Source: Hyphomicrobiales bacterium (GTDB taxonomy: Bacteria; Pseudomonadota; Alphaproteobacteria; Rhizobiales; Beijerinckiaceae). Taken from it: DNA of 35,596 nucleotides. The position numbers were made by a program, and so were the translations under genes. Under the pieces are notes generated by a model. The model did no database searches. It was not told where the DNA came from and saw only the letters and a list, made by a program, of their open reading frames with translations. The stretch is taken from contig OMIJ01000060.1 of the NCBI GenBank assembly GCA_900299065.1, positions 1-35,596 on the forward strand. The letters are read 5' to 3'. Positions 1 through 10,457 of this stretch are shown here, one piece after another. Position 1 is the first letter of the stretch. Each line of letters begins with the position of its first letter.

Positions 1-93
1 ACCTGGCCGCATCAACTCGTTCGCCTGCTCCTGAGCGAGCAAATCTATCGGGCTCTAACCATTCTCACCAATCATCCCTATCACAGAATCTAA
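1..93 (+). CDS. rlmH: 23S rRNA pseudouridine(1915)-N3-methyltransferase, C-terminal fragment (5' truncated by window)
   Basis: Frame 1 translates [30 protein letters not shown], the RlmH C-terminal signature; rlmH-envC-ctpA order is typical of alphaproteobacteria. Confidence 0.93.
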   Translation, partial: TWPHQLVRLLLSEQIYRALTILTNHPYHRI

Positions 94-159
94 CTTGCAT
101 CATATTTCAGTAAGCTTAATCGCCCTAAGATCGCCAAAGAGTCGCTATCTGTTAAGAAT

Positions 160-1539
160 TTGGTAAGTCGGGAGCAAAATGTGACCCCCTCACAGCACAG
201 GCCAGAGACACAGCAAGGCGGCATCCGCCTGTTGCTTCGCCTTGCCTGTGTTATGCCCGCACTGGCACTTCTTATGAGTATGTTTACCTCACCCGGCACA
301 GCTCAGCCTGCCCCCGATTTGCCTGCAAAAAAAGATCAGCTGCGCGGCCTTCAGGATACTTTGACCCAATCCTCCGATCAGCGTCGCAAGCTGGAAACCG
401 AAATTGAACTGATCCGCAATGATCGCGCCAGATTGGCCGCCGCTTTGCTCGAGGCCACGAGCAGAATTCAATCCACCGAGACGCGAATTGCCGATGTGGA
501 AGCGCGCCTTGCCCTGTCAACGGGCAGTGAGGAAGCCATAAAGCGCTCGCTGGATGGCCGTCGCGGCATTATTTCCGAGGTTTTGGCCGTGCTGCAACGC
601 ATGGGACATAAACCTCCCCCGGCTGTTCTGGCCAGCCCTGAGGATATGGTGCGGGCTATAAGAGCCGCGATGATGATGGGGGCGGTTCTGCCTGAATTGC
701 GCGCCGAAGTCGCCGTTTTGGCCAATGATTTGCAGGATCTGGCCAGAGTGCGTCGCGCCATTTCTGCCGAGCGTGATGTTCTGGCCAGAGAAGTGATGAC
801 CCTGGAGGGCGAAAAAACTCGCCTTACCAGCCTGATCGAGGCCCGCCAGTCCGTCATGGCGGATGTGCAACGCGCGCTTGAAAGCGAACACGCCAGAGCC
901 GCCGATCTTGCCCGCCAAGCGCTTGATCTGAAAGAACTCATCACCAGAATGGAAGATGAGATTGCCTCTGCTGGCTCAGCCGCAGACGCAGCCCGCAAGG
1001 CCGATGAAGCCAATAATCGTCTGGCGGCACTCACGCCCGATAATCGGCCCAAAACTGCGCCCTTTCGCGATGCCGGTCGTCTCGCTCCCGCTCTTGCCTT
1101 TGTAAACACTAAAGGTTTATTGCCGCTTCCGGCCGCAGGTCGCCTCGTCAAGAGTTATGGCGCGGCTGATGGTTTTGGCGGCACGGAAAAAGGCATTTCA
1201 ATCACCACTGCAGCGAATGCCCTCGTCGCCTCTCCAAGCGATGGATGGATCGCCTTTTCCGGGCCTTATCGGACCTATGGACAACTCTTGATTATAAATG
1301 CCGGTGGTGGCTACTATGTCGTATTGGCCGGAATGTCGAAAACCCATGTCGAAGTCGGGCAATTTGTGCTAGCAGGAGAGCCTGTGGGAAGCATGGGCGA
1401 TGGTAATTCTAAAACTGCATCCGCCATTGCCATTGGCGCATCCCAACCAGTACTCTATATTGAGTTTAGAAAAGACGGCGCAGCGGTTGATCCGAGCCCA
1501 TGGTGGGCTAAATCCGAATTGGAAAAGGTTCGCGGATGA
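160..1539 (+). CDS. envC: Murein hydrolase activator EnvC-like (coiled coil + degenerate M23/LytM domain); start uncertain
   Basis: Signal-like hydrophobic N-terminus, long coiled coil, C-terminal M23 motifs (YGQLLII, LYIEFRKDG..VDP..W) with Zn ligands replaced (EKGISI, LAGM); ATGA overlap with next gene. Confidence 0.88.
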   Translation: MVSREQNVTPSQHRPETQQGGIRLLLRLACVMPALALLMSMFTSPGTAQPAPDLPAKKDQLRGLQDTLTQSSDQRRKLETEIELIRNDRARLAAALLEATSRIQSTETRIADVEARLALSTGSEEAIKRSLDGRRGIISEVLAVLQRMGHKPPPAVLASPEDMVRAIRAAMMMGAVLPELRAEVAVLANDLQDLARVRRAISAERDVLAREVMTLEGEKTRLTSLIEARQSVMADVQRALESEHARAADLARQALDLKELITRMEDEIASAGSAADAARKADEANNRLAALTPDNRPKTAPFRDAGRLAPALAFVNTKGLLPLPAAGRLVKSYGAADGFGGTEKGISITTAANALVASPSDGWIAFSGPYRTYGQLLIINAGGGYYVVLAGMSKTHVEVGQFVLAGEPVGSMGDGNSKTASAIAIGASQPVLYIEFRKDGAAVDPSPWWAKSELEKVRG

Positions 1540-2864
1540 TGAGTAATAAAATTTCCCTCGTCCTGCTCGGTGCAGCGATTGGTGCAGCATCAGCAACGCT
1601 CGGTCTGCATCCGGCTCTTTTGTCCAGCGGTGTCGCGACTGCGGCCGTCTCGGACACTTACAAAAGCCTGAACCTATTTGGTGACGTATTTGATCGTGTG
1701 CGCAGCGATTATGTTGAAAAGCCCGACGAAGCCAAACTGGTAGAGTCAGCTATCAATGGTATGCTCAGCTCGCTCGATCCTCATTCAAGCTATATGGATG
1801 CCAAGAGCTTTAATGACATGCGTGTGCAAACGCGTGGTGAGTTTGGTGGCCTTGGCATTGAAGTGACGCAGGAAGAAGGCCTTGTAAAGGTCGTCACACC
1901 TATGGATGACTCGCCTGCTGCCAAAGTAGGCATTATGGCTGGCGATATGATCAGCGGCATTGATGGTGAGCCGGTGCTCGGCATGACCCTCAATCAGGCT
2001 GTCGATAAAATGCGCGGGCCCGTCAAATCCAATGTGCGTCTGACAATCCTGCGCGGGCCCTCCAAAGAGGTCAAGGAATTCACCGTCACGCGTGATGTCA
2101 TCACTATTCGCTCGGTCCGCTATAATGTGGAAGGCGAAGATGTGGGCTATATCCGCATCACACAATTCAACGAACAGACTTTTGAAGGCATCAAAGCTGC
2201 GTTCAATAAATTCAACACGGATCTGCCTGGCGACAAGCTGAAGGGCTATATTCTCGATCTGCGCAACAATCCCGGTGGTTTGCTGGATCAATCCATTCAG
2301 GTTTCGAATGCCTTCATTGATCGCGGCGAAATCGTTTCGACCCGTGGCCGCAATGCAGAAGAGACCCAGCGTTATAGTGCCCGTCAGCTCAATATGTCGA
2401 AAGGCAAGCCCGTTGTTGTTTTGATCAATGGTGGCTCGGCTTCTGCCTCGGAAATTGTTGCTGGTGCTTTGCAAGATCACAAGCGCGCCACCATTCTTGG
2501 AACGCGCTCTTTTGGTAAAGGCTCGGTGCAAACCATTCTGCCGCTCGGTCAGAACAATGGCGCTCTGCGCTTAACAACGGCGCGTTACTACACACCGTCA
2601 GGTCGCTCCATTCAGGCCAAGGGCATTGATCCGGATGTGCAGGTCTTGCAGGATGTGCCAGATGAACTCAAAGGCCGCGATGACACCAAAGGTGAAGCCG
2701 CACTCAAGGGCCACTTAAAAAATGGCGAAGATGAAAAGGGTGGCTCGCAAGCCTATGTTCCTGCCGACAAGAGCAAGGATAAGCAGCTCGCTGCAGCCCT
2801 CGATATTCTCCATGGCGTAAAAAAGGCTGATGTGAAAACCGACAGCCAGAAGCTGCCCAATTGA
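1536..2864 (+). CDS. ctpA: Carboxy-terminal processing protease, S41A family (PDZ + peptidase)
   Basis: LDPHS, GGLGIEV (PDZ), DLRNNPGG, SASASEIVAGALQD, FGKGSVQ motifs. Confidence 0.95.
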   Translation: MMSNKISLVLLGAAIGAASATLGLHPALLSSGVATAAVSDTYKSLNLFGDVFDRVRSDYVEKPDEAKLVESAINGMLSSLDPHSSYMDAKSFNDMRVQTRGEFGGLGIEVTQEEGLVKVVTPMDDSPAAKVGIMAGDMISGIDGEPVLGMTLNQAVDKMRGPVKSNVRLTILRGPSKEVKEFTVTRDVITIRSVRYNVEGEDVGYIRITQFNEQTFEGIKAAFNKFNTDLPGDKLKGYILDLRNNPGGLLDQSIQVSNAFIDRGEIVSTRGRNAEETQRYSARQLNMSKGKPVVVLINGGSASASEIVAGALQDHKRATILGTRSFGKGSVQTILPLGQNNGALRLTTARYYTPSGRSIQAKGIDPDVQVLQDVPDELKGRDDTKGEAALKGHLKNGEDEKGGSQAYVPADKSKDKQLAAALDILHGVKKADVKTDSQKLPN

Positions 2865-2913
2865 TCTAGGCTTCAAAACCTTATCACTTCTTTAAAGCCT
2901 TAACATTCAAGTG

Positions 2914-2951
2914 ACCCGGTATTGCTAGACTATAGCGATACCGGGTTTTTT
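2914..2951 (+). terminator. Rho-independent terminator after ctpA
   Basis: ACCCGGTATTGCTA-gacta-TAGCGATACCGGGT 14-bp stem (one G-U) followed by T run. Confidence 0.8.
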
Positions 2952-2995
2952 GATTCGCAGATTTCATTTATTTCCGCTGTCGAGGATTTGCCTCA

Positions 2996-4309
2996 ATGTC
3001 TCTTGATGATCTCCATCGGCCTTTAGGCCTACACAATGACATAAAGCCAAATCAATTCTCTGATTATCAAATGACCAAAATCGCCTTTGTCGGATTGCTT
3101 CTGGCTGGATCAAGTCTCATCAGCGCGAACTATATTTTAAAAGGGCCCGCTTCCGATTTAAGTGTCGTAACAGTCCAGATTGATCGCAATGCGCCAAGCC
3201 TACAGCCAGCTCAAAGCTCAGCACAACAGCTCCCGCCAGCCCTGCCACCGCCGCTTGCCGTTACAGAGATTCCTTCTCCCTTAGTGGCTGAAATGCCCAA
3301 GAGTGCTTTGGCCGCAAGACCGGGACAGGATGTTACAGGCACGATTCCCGGCATGACCCGCGCGGGTAAAATGGATGTTGAAATCAAGAATGGCGTCAAA
3401 ATCTATCGCCCCAATATGACGCAACCAACCAAGTCCAGCGTTATGCAATTTCCCGAGCAGGACATCAGCATTGAACTCACCAAGGCAGCCGATCCGCGAC
3501 TGATTGAAAAAGGCGCCCATGGACCATTACCAAAAATTGCCCCTGATGGCGCCAAGCCTATGGAGGTCTATGGACGCCCTGCCGTGACTCCATCAATATT
3601 GAAAGGCGGCGCACCGCAAATGGTCCTTGTCGTTGGGGGCATGGGATTGAATGCGTCAGCAACACAAATGGCTGCCGAACGTCTTCCCGGCGCGATCACT
3701 TTGGCCTTTGCGCCCTATGGCATTGATCTCGACAAACAAGTGAGCAAAGCCAGAGAGGCCGGGCACGAAATTCTTCTGCAATTGCCTATGGAGAGTTTTG
3801 GCGGGCCGCGTGAAAATCCCGGACCGCATAGTCTGACCACAGATGCCAAGGCGGATGTGCTGAAGGATAATCTACATTGGTTGATGAGCCGCTTTACTGG
3901 CTATGTCGGCGTAAGCAATTTTTTAGGGGCGAAATTTACTTCCAATGAACAGGCCTTGGCACAAATCTTCAAAGAGACATCGCAACGCGGCCTGCTCTAT
4001 TTTGATGATTCGAGCTCGCCGCGCACTTTGGCACCCAGCCTTGCTGCAAATATGAACATCGCCTTTGCAGGCGCGGATCTGGTGATTGATAGAAATCCTG
4101 AACCGGAAGCCATTTCTGCCGCATTGAGCAAGTTGGAAGCGCTTGCTAGGCAAAAAGGTCTTGCCATTGGCTTTGCAAATGGGTTACCCGCGGGCGTGGA
4201 TCCAATAGCGAATTTTGCCAAATCGCTGCCCGGGCGCGGCATTTTACTCACCCCGCTCAGCGCGAGCCTTGGCAAAGGGCAAACGCCTGTGGCGGGATTG
4301 AGTAAATGA
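2996..4309 (+). CDS. Divergent polysaccharide deacetylase family protein (YibQ-like) with N-terminal membrane anchor and Pro-rich linker
   Basis: [41 protein letters not shown] motifs; usual position after ctpA. Confidence 0.88.
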   Translation: MSLDDLHRPLGLHNDIKPNQFSDYQMTKIAFVGLLLAGSSLISANYILKGPASDLSVVTVQIDRNAPSLQPAQSSAQQLPPALPPPLAVTEIPSPLVAEMPKSALAARPGQDVTGTIPGMTRAGKMDVEIKNGVKIYRPNMTQPTKSSVMQFPEQDISIELTKAADPRLIEKGAHGPLPKIAPDGAKPMEVYGRPAVTPSILKGGAPQMVLVVGGMGLNASATQMAAERLPGAITLAFAPYGIDLDKQVSKAREAGHEILLQLPMESFGGPRENPGPHSLTTDAKADVLKDNLHWLMSRFTGYVGVSNFLGAKFTSNEQALAQIFKETSQRGLLYFDDSSSPRTLAPSLAANMNIAFAGADLVIDRNPEPEAISAALSKLEALARQKGLAIGFANGLPAGVDPIANFAKSLPGRGILLTPLSASLGKGQTPVAGLSK

Positions 4310-4806
4310 ATCTGTCGGATTATCGTCCCTGTGTAGGCATTATGTTGATCAACAAAGCTGGCCTTGTATTCATAGGCCGGCGTCGCAATAAAGCTTTGCG
4401 CGAACATGTGGCGCCTGATCATGAATGGCAAATGCCGCAAGGCGGCATTGATGATCAGGAAGATGCCTTCCTCGCCGCCAAGCGTGAGCTTGCCGAAGAA
4501 ACAGGTGTGTCCTCAGTATCTCTTCTGGCCGAGGCCTCTGACTGGTTCGCTTATGATCTGCCAGAGGATATTGCGCAGGAAGCATGGAAAGGCCGCTATA
4601 AGGGCCAGCGTCAGAAATGGTTTGCGCTTCGCTTTGAGGGCGAAGAGTCAGAAATCAACATTGATTCACCACCTGATGGATTGCATGCGGAATTTGATGC
4701 CTGGCGATGGGAGAAAATGGCACATTTGCCGGATCTGATCATTCCCTTCAAGCGACCCGTCTATGAAAAAGTCGTCAAGGAATTTGCGCATTTGATTAGC
4801 GCATAA
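4306..4806 (+). CDS. rppH: RNA pyrophosphohydrolase (Nudix)
   Basis: [18 protein letters not shown], Nudix box [27 protein letters not shown]. Confidence 0.95.
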   Translation: MNLSDYRPCVGIMLINKAGLVFIGRRRNKALREHVAPDHEWQMPQGGIDDQEDAFLAAKRELAEETGVSSVSLLAEASDWFAYDLPEDIAQEAWKGRYKGQRQKWFALRFEGEESEINIDSPPDGLHAEFDAWRWEKMAHLPDLIIPFKRPVYEKVVKEFAHLISA

Positions 4807-4818
4807 GACAAGACAAAT

Positions 4819-5859
4819 TCAGCTCTTCATCACCACACAAGATCCGGCAACTGTGACCAGAATTTCTGATCCCTGTTTGGGGAACGGTGCCTCACGCAAT
4901 AAAAGCGGAATGATCACCCCACCCACATCGACACTGGCCAGATAATGATCGCCATTAAAGATCATGTGAAAGATTGTACCCGGCACGCCCGTGCCTGGCT
5001 CTGCCAAAACAAATTGCTCGGGCCTGAGCATGATCTGCGCTTGTTGCGGATCTGAATGAGACGGGGATTGCAGCGCAATGCGCCCTAATCTGGTTGTTGC
5101 ATAGCCCTGCGCAATGTCAGCATCAAGGAACAAAGCCGTACCGGTCAAGCGCGCAACATCGGCATTGATCGGCGCTTGATAGAGCTTTGAAGGCGCATCT
5201 AATTGGGCAATCAAACCATGCGTCATCGCGGCAATGCGATCGGCACTGCTAAAGGCCTCCAGCGGATCATGGGTAACAAGAATGGCCGTTGCCCTTGCAC
5301 TGCGCAAAGCACTTGCTACTTCGCTGGCCATGGCGCGGCGCAAATCAAGATCCAGCGCATTAAAGGGCTCGTCTAGTAAGATCAGGCTGGGACGCGGTGC
5401 TAAAGCGCGGGCCAGCGCTGTCCGTTGTTGCTGACCACCAGAGAGTTGATGGGGAAATCGATCCTCAAGCCCGCTCAATCCCGTAATATGCAAGACTTCA
5501 TCAAGACGCGCTTTGCTCTGCGGGCCAGGCTTTAATCCAAAGGTGATATTCTTCGCCACATTCAAATGTGGAAACAACGCGCCTTCTTGTGGGACATAGC
5601 CAATGTGTCGGCGCTCAGGGGGAATAGAAGAACCGGCGCCTGCAACAAGGCGTCCATCAATTTTGATTGTGCCGGTCTCAGGTTCGGTGAATCCGGCAAT
5701 CAGCCGCAGCAATGTCGTCTTGCCGCTGCCTGAAGAGCCCAGCAATGCAAGAATGGAACCCTGCTCCATTTCAAGATCAATGCCGCGCAGCACCTCGCTA
5801 TCACCATAGCTTTTTCTGACAGCCGAGACTTGAAGATAGGGCAAATTATGATCGGGCAT
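4819..5859 (-). CDS. Fe3+-type ABC transporter ATP-binding protein (FbpC/SfuC-like)
   Basis: Walker A GSSGSGKT, LSGGQQQR signature, LLDEPF, C-terminal TOBE-like (LRPEQ); downstream of permease and Fe-binding protein. Confidence 0.9.
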   Translation of the reverse strand: MPDHNLPYLQVSAVRKSYGDSEVLRGIDLEMEQGSILALLGSSGSGKTTLLRLIAGFTEPETGTIKIDGRLVAGAGSSIPPERRHIGYVPQEGALFPHLNVAKNITFGLKPGPQSKARLDEVLHITGLSGLEDRFPHQLSGGQQQRTALARALAPRPSLILLDEPFNALDLDLRRAMASEVASALRSARATAILVTHDPLEAFSSADRIAAMTHGLIAQLDAPSKLYQAPINADVARLTGTALFLDADIAQGYATTRLGRIALQSPSHSDPQQAQIMLRPEQFVLAEPGTGVPGTIFHMIFNGDHYLASVDVGGVIIPLLLREAPFPKQGSEILVTVAGSCVVMKS

Positions 5860-5861
5860 GC

Positions 5862-7403
5862 CTAACCACGCCTCAATGTGCGAAGGGTGAACACATATAC
5901 TGGCACTCCCGAAATGATCACCAGCGCGGCCGCAAAGGGGGCGGCCGCCGCATAGGCCCGATCATTGGTAAATGACCAGAATTCTGTAGCCAGCGTTACC
6001 ACACCTGAGGGGGCGAGCAACAGGGTTGCCGTCAACTCCCGCATCAATTGCAGCACCACAAGAGCAAGACTGGCACCAATGCCAGGCATGAGATTGGGTA
6101 AGGTCACTTCGGCAAAGGCCGCCAAAGGACTGCGCCCCAGAGAACGCGCAACATTTTCCAATTCCGGCGGCACAAGCTCGGCCGAAGCGCGGATCGAAGA
6201 TTGCGCCAAAGGCAAATAGAGCATCACATAAGCGAGCACGACCAGCAGCGGGCTTTGATATAGATCGGGCACCTAGCGAATGGAAAAGAAAATCAGCGCA
6301 AGGGCAATCACCAGTCCCGGCAGGCCGTGAATGGCATAGGGCAATCGATCCGCCAGATCGATTAACACACCATGCAAACGCAAAGAGGCGAGCACGAGCG
6401 GAATGGCCAATAGGGTCGTCAACAGGCCGCCGGAAAGAGAATAACTCAGCGAGCCAAGCAAGGCTGGCAAAAGCCGCTCAAGACCCATGCCTGCTGACGT
6501 GCCAGTGACCAGCCAATAAAACAAAGTGGCAAAAGGCACACCAATAGCCAGCACAGCAAAGGCGACAAACAACGCAAGCACTGGCCAGCGCCAGCCACCT
6601 AAAATGATGATCATGGGTGAGCGCGCCAGACCCTTGCCAGAGCGTGCCCGCCGAAGTCCCTTACGCAAATTCTGCTCAAACAAAGCCAATGGCATGCTCA
6701 ATCCCATCAACACGAGAGAGAACAAAGCCGCCGTCGCATTATCAAATTGCATTTCATATTGCTGGAAGATCGCTGTCGTAAATGTCTGCACACGTAAAAA
6801 CGACAAAGCGCCAAATTCAGCCAGCATATGCGAAGAGACGAGCAGCGCTCCACCCATCATCGCTGGCCAGATCTGCGGCAGCACAACTCGTAAAAATGTT
6901 TTGAGTGGACCATGACCTAGCGAACGCGACACATCTTCAAAAGCTGGATCCGTGCCACGCAAAGCCGCTGCTACTGGAAGATAGATAAGTGGCATGCAGG
7001 CCAATGCCAAAACCATAATCGCCCCGCCCATCCCCTGAAAGGACGGACCAAGCGAAGCCCAAGCATAACTGGCAACAAAAGCTGGCATAGCCAATGGCGC
7101 TGAAGCCACAACACGCCAAACAGCAACATAAGGAAGATCGCAACGCTCTGTCACCCATGCCGCCGCAACACCCATGACTAGCGTTAGCCCGGTCACAGCA
7201 CCCGCAAGTTCCAACGTATTGATTAAAAGCTCGAGACTTGTGGGGCGTAAGAGTTCGGCAAGAATACCCGAGAACCCGGCATCAAATGAGCGGATCAGCG
7301 CATAGGCAATAGGCAAGGCCACCAGCACGCTCGGTAGAGCAACCAGTGCCAGCAACAGAATTGGAAAACTGCCGCGCTCCCCCGTGCCGAACTTTATGAT
7401 CAC
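5862..7403 (-). pseudogene. Fe3+ ABC transporter permease (FbpB/SfuB-like) interrupted by an in-frame TAG at 6273-6275
   Basis: ORFs 6273..7403 and 5862..6272 are in the same frame and abut (..FSIR*VPDLYQS..); together they give a two-repeat permease with two EAA-like loops (FEDVSRSLG, LENVARSLG). Confidence 0.8.
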
Positions 7404-8413
7404 AAAAGACTGGCCTCGCGCATTAATTCATAGGCCAGCTGCGCATTGCCAATATCGCTGGCAGCAATCGCACTGCCAATCTCGGCAATCGGCTTGAGAT
7501 TAAACGGCGGTGTCAATCCCGGGCGCACCGGATATTCAGCATAGGGCGTGATGATGGCCTTTTGCCCCTCTTCACTGACCATAAATGCGAGAAATTTCTG
7601 CGCGGCGTCATTTTGTTTGGTGGACTTCAAAATGGCCGCAGGCGACAGATTGACCAATGCCCCCGCATCACCGCGATCAACGTAGTGCAAAGCCGATTTC
7701 ATATTGGCTTCGCCGCGCTCCTTGGCCAGACCAAACCAATAATAATTATTGTTTAATGCAATCGGCACTTCGCCGGCCTCGACTGCATTCATCGCTGCGC
7801 CATTACCATTATAAAGGCGGCCATTTTGCTTCAAGCCCTTCAACCAGGCTAAACCTGCATCGCGCCCTTTCAATTTAACAATCGCCATAACTTGTTCATG
7901 AAAGCCATCCTTGATCGCATAACCCACACGATCCTTCCAATTTGCATTCACCACATCGAGAATGGAATGCGGCAGATCGGCGGGCTTGATCATGGCTTCA
8001 TTGTATAAGATCACGCGCGAACGCAAACTTGTACCAATCCATGTTTTATTGGGCGCGACATATTCGCCTGGAATCTCTTTCCAGATGGAGGGCTCAAGCG
8101 GAGCTAACAGATTTTTCTCATCCAATGCCACCATGGGCGGGCTGATTTCTGAATAGAAAATATCTGCCGGAGAACGCGCACCCTCTTCCATAATCTGATT
8201 GGCAAGCTGCGCACTCTCGCCATGGCGCACAATCACCTTAATGCCGCTGGCCTTTGTGAAAGCCGCAATCAGAGATTCCGTCGTCTGACGATGCTGACCA
8301 TTATAAACCGTCAGACTGGCCGCTGACTGAGCGCGAACCATTCTTCCTCCCGCCAGCAAGCCAAGGGACGCACTGCCTCCAAGCAAAAACTGACGCTTTG
8401 TCTGACCCAACAT
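7400..8413 (-). CDS. Fe3+ ABC transporter substrate-binding protein (FbpA/FutA-like); start assigned to MLGQTKRQFL
   Basis: YNGQH, EEGARSPADIF, NNYYW paired-tyrosine iron-ligand motif, EYPV; Tat-like N-terminus; GTGA overlap with permease. Confidence 0.88.
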   Translation of the reverse strand: MLGQTKRQFLLGGSASLGLLAGGRMVRAQSAASLTVYNGQHRQTTESLIAAFTKASGIKVIVRHGESAQLANQIMEEGARSPADIFYSEISPPMVALDEKNLLAPLEPSIWKEIPGEYVAPNKTWIGTSLRSRVILYNEAMIKPADLPHSILDVVNANWKDRVGYAIKDGFHEQVMAIVKLKGRDAGLAWLKGLKQNGRLYNGNGAAMNAVEAGEVPIALNNNYYWFGLAKERGEANMKSALHYVDRGDAGALVNLSPAAILKSTKQNDAAQKFLAFMVSEEGQKAIITPYAEYPVRPGLTPPFNLKPIAEIGSAIAASDIGNAQLAYELMREASLL

Positions 8414-8449
8414 TAGAATGACTCCAAATTGAGATCTTGATTGAACACC

Positions 8450-8478
8450 AATAGCGCCCAAGCTCAGCGCATCGTCAA
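8450..8478 (-). promoter_or_regulatory. Putative sigma70 promoter of iron ABC operon
   Basis: Minus strand TTGACG-N17-GCTATT, resembling alphaproteobacterial RpoD promoters. Confidence 0.45.
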
Positions 8479-8502
8479 GCACAGATGCTCAATCTTATTT
8501 AA

Positions 8503-8519
8503 TTTGGAGCCGTTCTAAA
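8503..8519. promoter_or_regulatory. Iron control element (ICE, Irr-binding box)
   Basis: TTTGGAGCCGTTCTAAA matches 16/17 of TTTRGAAYNRTTCYAAA, directly upstream of an iron uptake operon. Confidence 0.75.
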
Positions 8520-8568
8520 CCCTGCGATCATAGCCGATGATGAAGAATCCGACTTTCTCAAGCCAGCT

Positions 8569-9582
8569 TCAGGGCGCAGACTTCAAGCCCCAGGCATTGG
8601 CGAGCAGGGCATAAGAATGCAACCGCGCCTCATGATCGAAAATTGGCGAGGTCACCATGATTTCATCGGCCTTTGTTGCCGCAATGAAAGCTTCAAGCCT
8701 TTGCTTGACTGTTTGCGGCGCACCTACAAACAAACGCTCTCTATGCGCCTCAAGGCGTCGTCTTTCTTCGGCAGAATAGGGATAGCTCATTGCCTCTTGT
8801 GGCGAGGGATAAGGTAACAATTCGCCACGTCTGCGCCGCAGCCAATTGAGATCCCAGCTCGAAGCCAAACGATCCGCCTCCTGATCGCTATCAGCAATAA
8901 TGGCCGCAACGCAGGCAATGGCATAAGGATCGCCACGCCAGCCCGAAGGCTTGAAATTCTGCCGATAGGACATTAGCGCCGACACACCGTCATAATCAGA
9001 AAAATGATGCGCAAAAGCATAGCCCGTGCCCATCATCGCAGAAAGCTCGGCGCTGTAACCGCTTGATCCCAGCAACCAGATCGGCGGCAAAGGCGCATCG
9101 GAGGGCATGGCATAGACATTGTTGAAGGGATGATTTGGCGGAAATTCGCGGCTCTCCCACAAGATCAATTCTTGCAGGCGCTCAAGAAAATCATCGCCCG
9201 GCCTCTCCTCCAAAAGGCGGCGCAAGGCATAAGCCGTGACCTGATCCGTGCCTGGCGCTCTGCCAAGACCAAGATCAATGCGCCCGGGAAACAAAGCCTC
9301 GAGCATTTTAAATCGCTCAGCCACTAATAAGGGTGCGTGATTGGTGAGCATCACACCGCCCGAGCCCACACGAATAGATTTTGTCACAGCGGCAATTTGC
9401 CCAATCATAATTTCCGGGACACTGGAGGCAACGGAAGGCAGGCTGTGATGTTCGGCAAGCCAATAGCGTTGATAGCCCAATTGATCGGCATATTTTGCCA
9501 ATGCAATGGAATGGGCCAGAGCTTGACGCGGCGGCGTCTGACTCGTCACAAAACACAGATCGAGAACGGATAAAGCGACCAT
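8569..9582 (-). CDS. Luciferase-like monooxygenase (LLM-class flavin-dependent oxidoreductase, YhbW-like)
   Basis: RYWLAEHH, IRVGSGGVML, RIDLGLGRAPG, WLLGSS, AFAHHF. Confidence 0.9.
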   Translation of the reverse strand: MVALSVLDLCFVTSQTPPRQALAHSIALAKYADQLGYQRYWLAEHHSLPSVASSVPEIMIGQIAAVTKSIRVGSGGVMLTNHAPLLVAERFKMLEALFPGRIDLGLGRAPGTDQVTAYALRRLLEERPGDDFLERLQELILWESREFPPNHPFNNVYAMPSDAPLPPIWLLGSSGYSAELSAMMGTGYAFAHHFSDYDGVSALMSYRQNFKPSGWRGDPYAIACVAAIIADSDQEADRLASSWDLNWLRRRRGELLPYPSPQEAMSYPYSAEERRRLEAHRERLFVGAPQTVKQRLEAFIAATKADEIMVTSPIFDHEARLHSYALLANAWGLKSAP

Positions 9583-9632
9583 AGAGCACCACCGCTGCTG
9601 GCCTGAACCAAATAATGTTGCAGCTTTATAGA

Positions 9633-10343
9633 TTAAAATCGCGGCTCGCTGAAGGCCTGCATATATTGATCATCAGCGACTTGCACAAATGCACCGCTGG
9701 ATTCATCAAGCGCTTGCAATTGTCCGCTGGCAATCGAGAAATAAGCACCATGCAGGTTCAAACGGCCACGCTCTTCCAAAATGCGCACACAAGGAAAACT
9801 ACGCAGATTGATGAGACTCTGCTTGATCGATTCAAGCGCCAGCAATTCTGTGTAATCGGCCACTGAGACATCGGGCTTACCCACGCGCTGTGCCGCAGGT
9901 CCAATCAAGGTCATCCATTTGCCGATAAAATCCCCCGGCGAAAGGGGCCGCTGATAAGGATCGGCTTCACTTTCGGCAAAGGCTCGCACACCGCCGCATT
10001 GGCCATGCCCCATCACCACCAAATGCTCAACCCGCAAGCCCATGACCGCAAATTCCAATGCGGCGGATGTCCCATGCAAATCATCATCAGGGGCATAGGG
10101 CGGCACGAGATTGGCCACATTGCGGACGACAAAAATCTCACCCGGGTCTGCATCAAAGATCACCTCGGGCGATACACGTGAATCACAACAGCCTATCAGC
10201 ATGATCTTGGGTTTCTGTCCGGCCTCGGACAAATGCCTAAAGCGATCCCGCTCCTGACCAAAACGCCCATGCAGAAAGGCGCCATAGCCCTCAACAAGAC
10301 GGGATGGCAGATGGGCATTTTTTGGCACTTGCGATTGCGTCAC
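9633..10343 (-). CDS. Beta-class carbonic anhydrase
   Basis: GCCDSRV (CxDxR), VRNVAN, MGHGQCGG (HxxC) zinc-ligand motifs. Confidence 0.95.
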   Translation of the reverse strand: MTQSQVPKNAHLPSRLVEGYGAFLHGRFGQERDRFRHLSEAGQKPKIMLIGCCDSRVSPEVIFDADPGEIFVVRNVANLVPPYAPDDDLHGTSAALEFAVMGLRVEHLVVMGHGQCGGVRAFAESEADPYQRPLSPGDFIGKWMTLIGPAAQRVGKPDVSVADYTELLALESIKQSLINLRSFPCVRILEERGRLNLHGAYFSIASGQLQALDESSGAFVQVADDQYMQAFSEPRF

Positions 10344-10442
10344 GCTTCTACCCCATTCAAACTCATAAGCCTTGCCTAAAGCGGAACATCAGCCGCGGCT
10401 CTTGGGCAAACGAACTATGGCGCACTAACCCATCAGGCATTA

Positions 10443-10457
10443 TTGTGCAATGCACAG
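10443..10457. promoter_or_regulatory. Palindromic operator, PhaR/AniA-type (putative)
   Basis: TGTGCA-A-TGCACA dyad; minus strand TGCATTGCACAA fits the recalled rhizobial PhaR consensus TGCRNYGCASMA. Confidence 0.5.

Noticed and set aside
139-143. GANTC (CcrM) sites in several intergenic regions (139, 2952, 8545, 20317, 24748, 34999, 35008)
   Set aside because: Expected in alphaproteobacteria and also present in coding regions; enrichment cannot be established without counting
6273-6275. Genome-wide TAG reassignment (alternative code or pyrrolysine)
   Set aside because: TAG is a normal terminator at expected ends of other genes here (permease 5862-5864, dnaJ-like 24079-24081, DD-carboxypeptidase 26563-26565); no other internal TAGs or pyl genes seen
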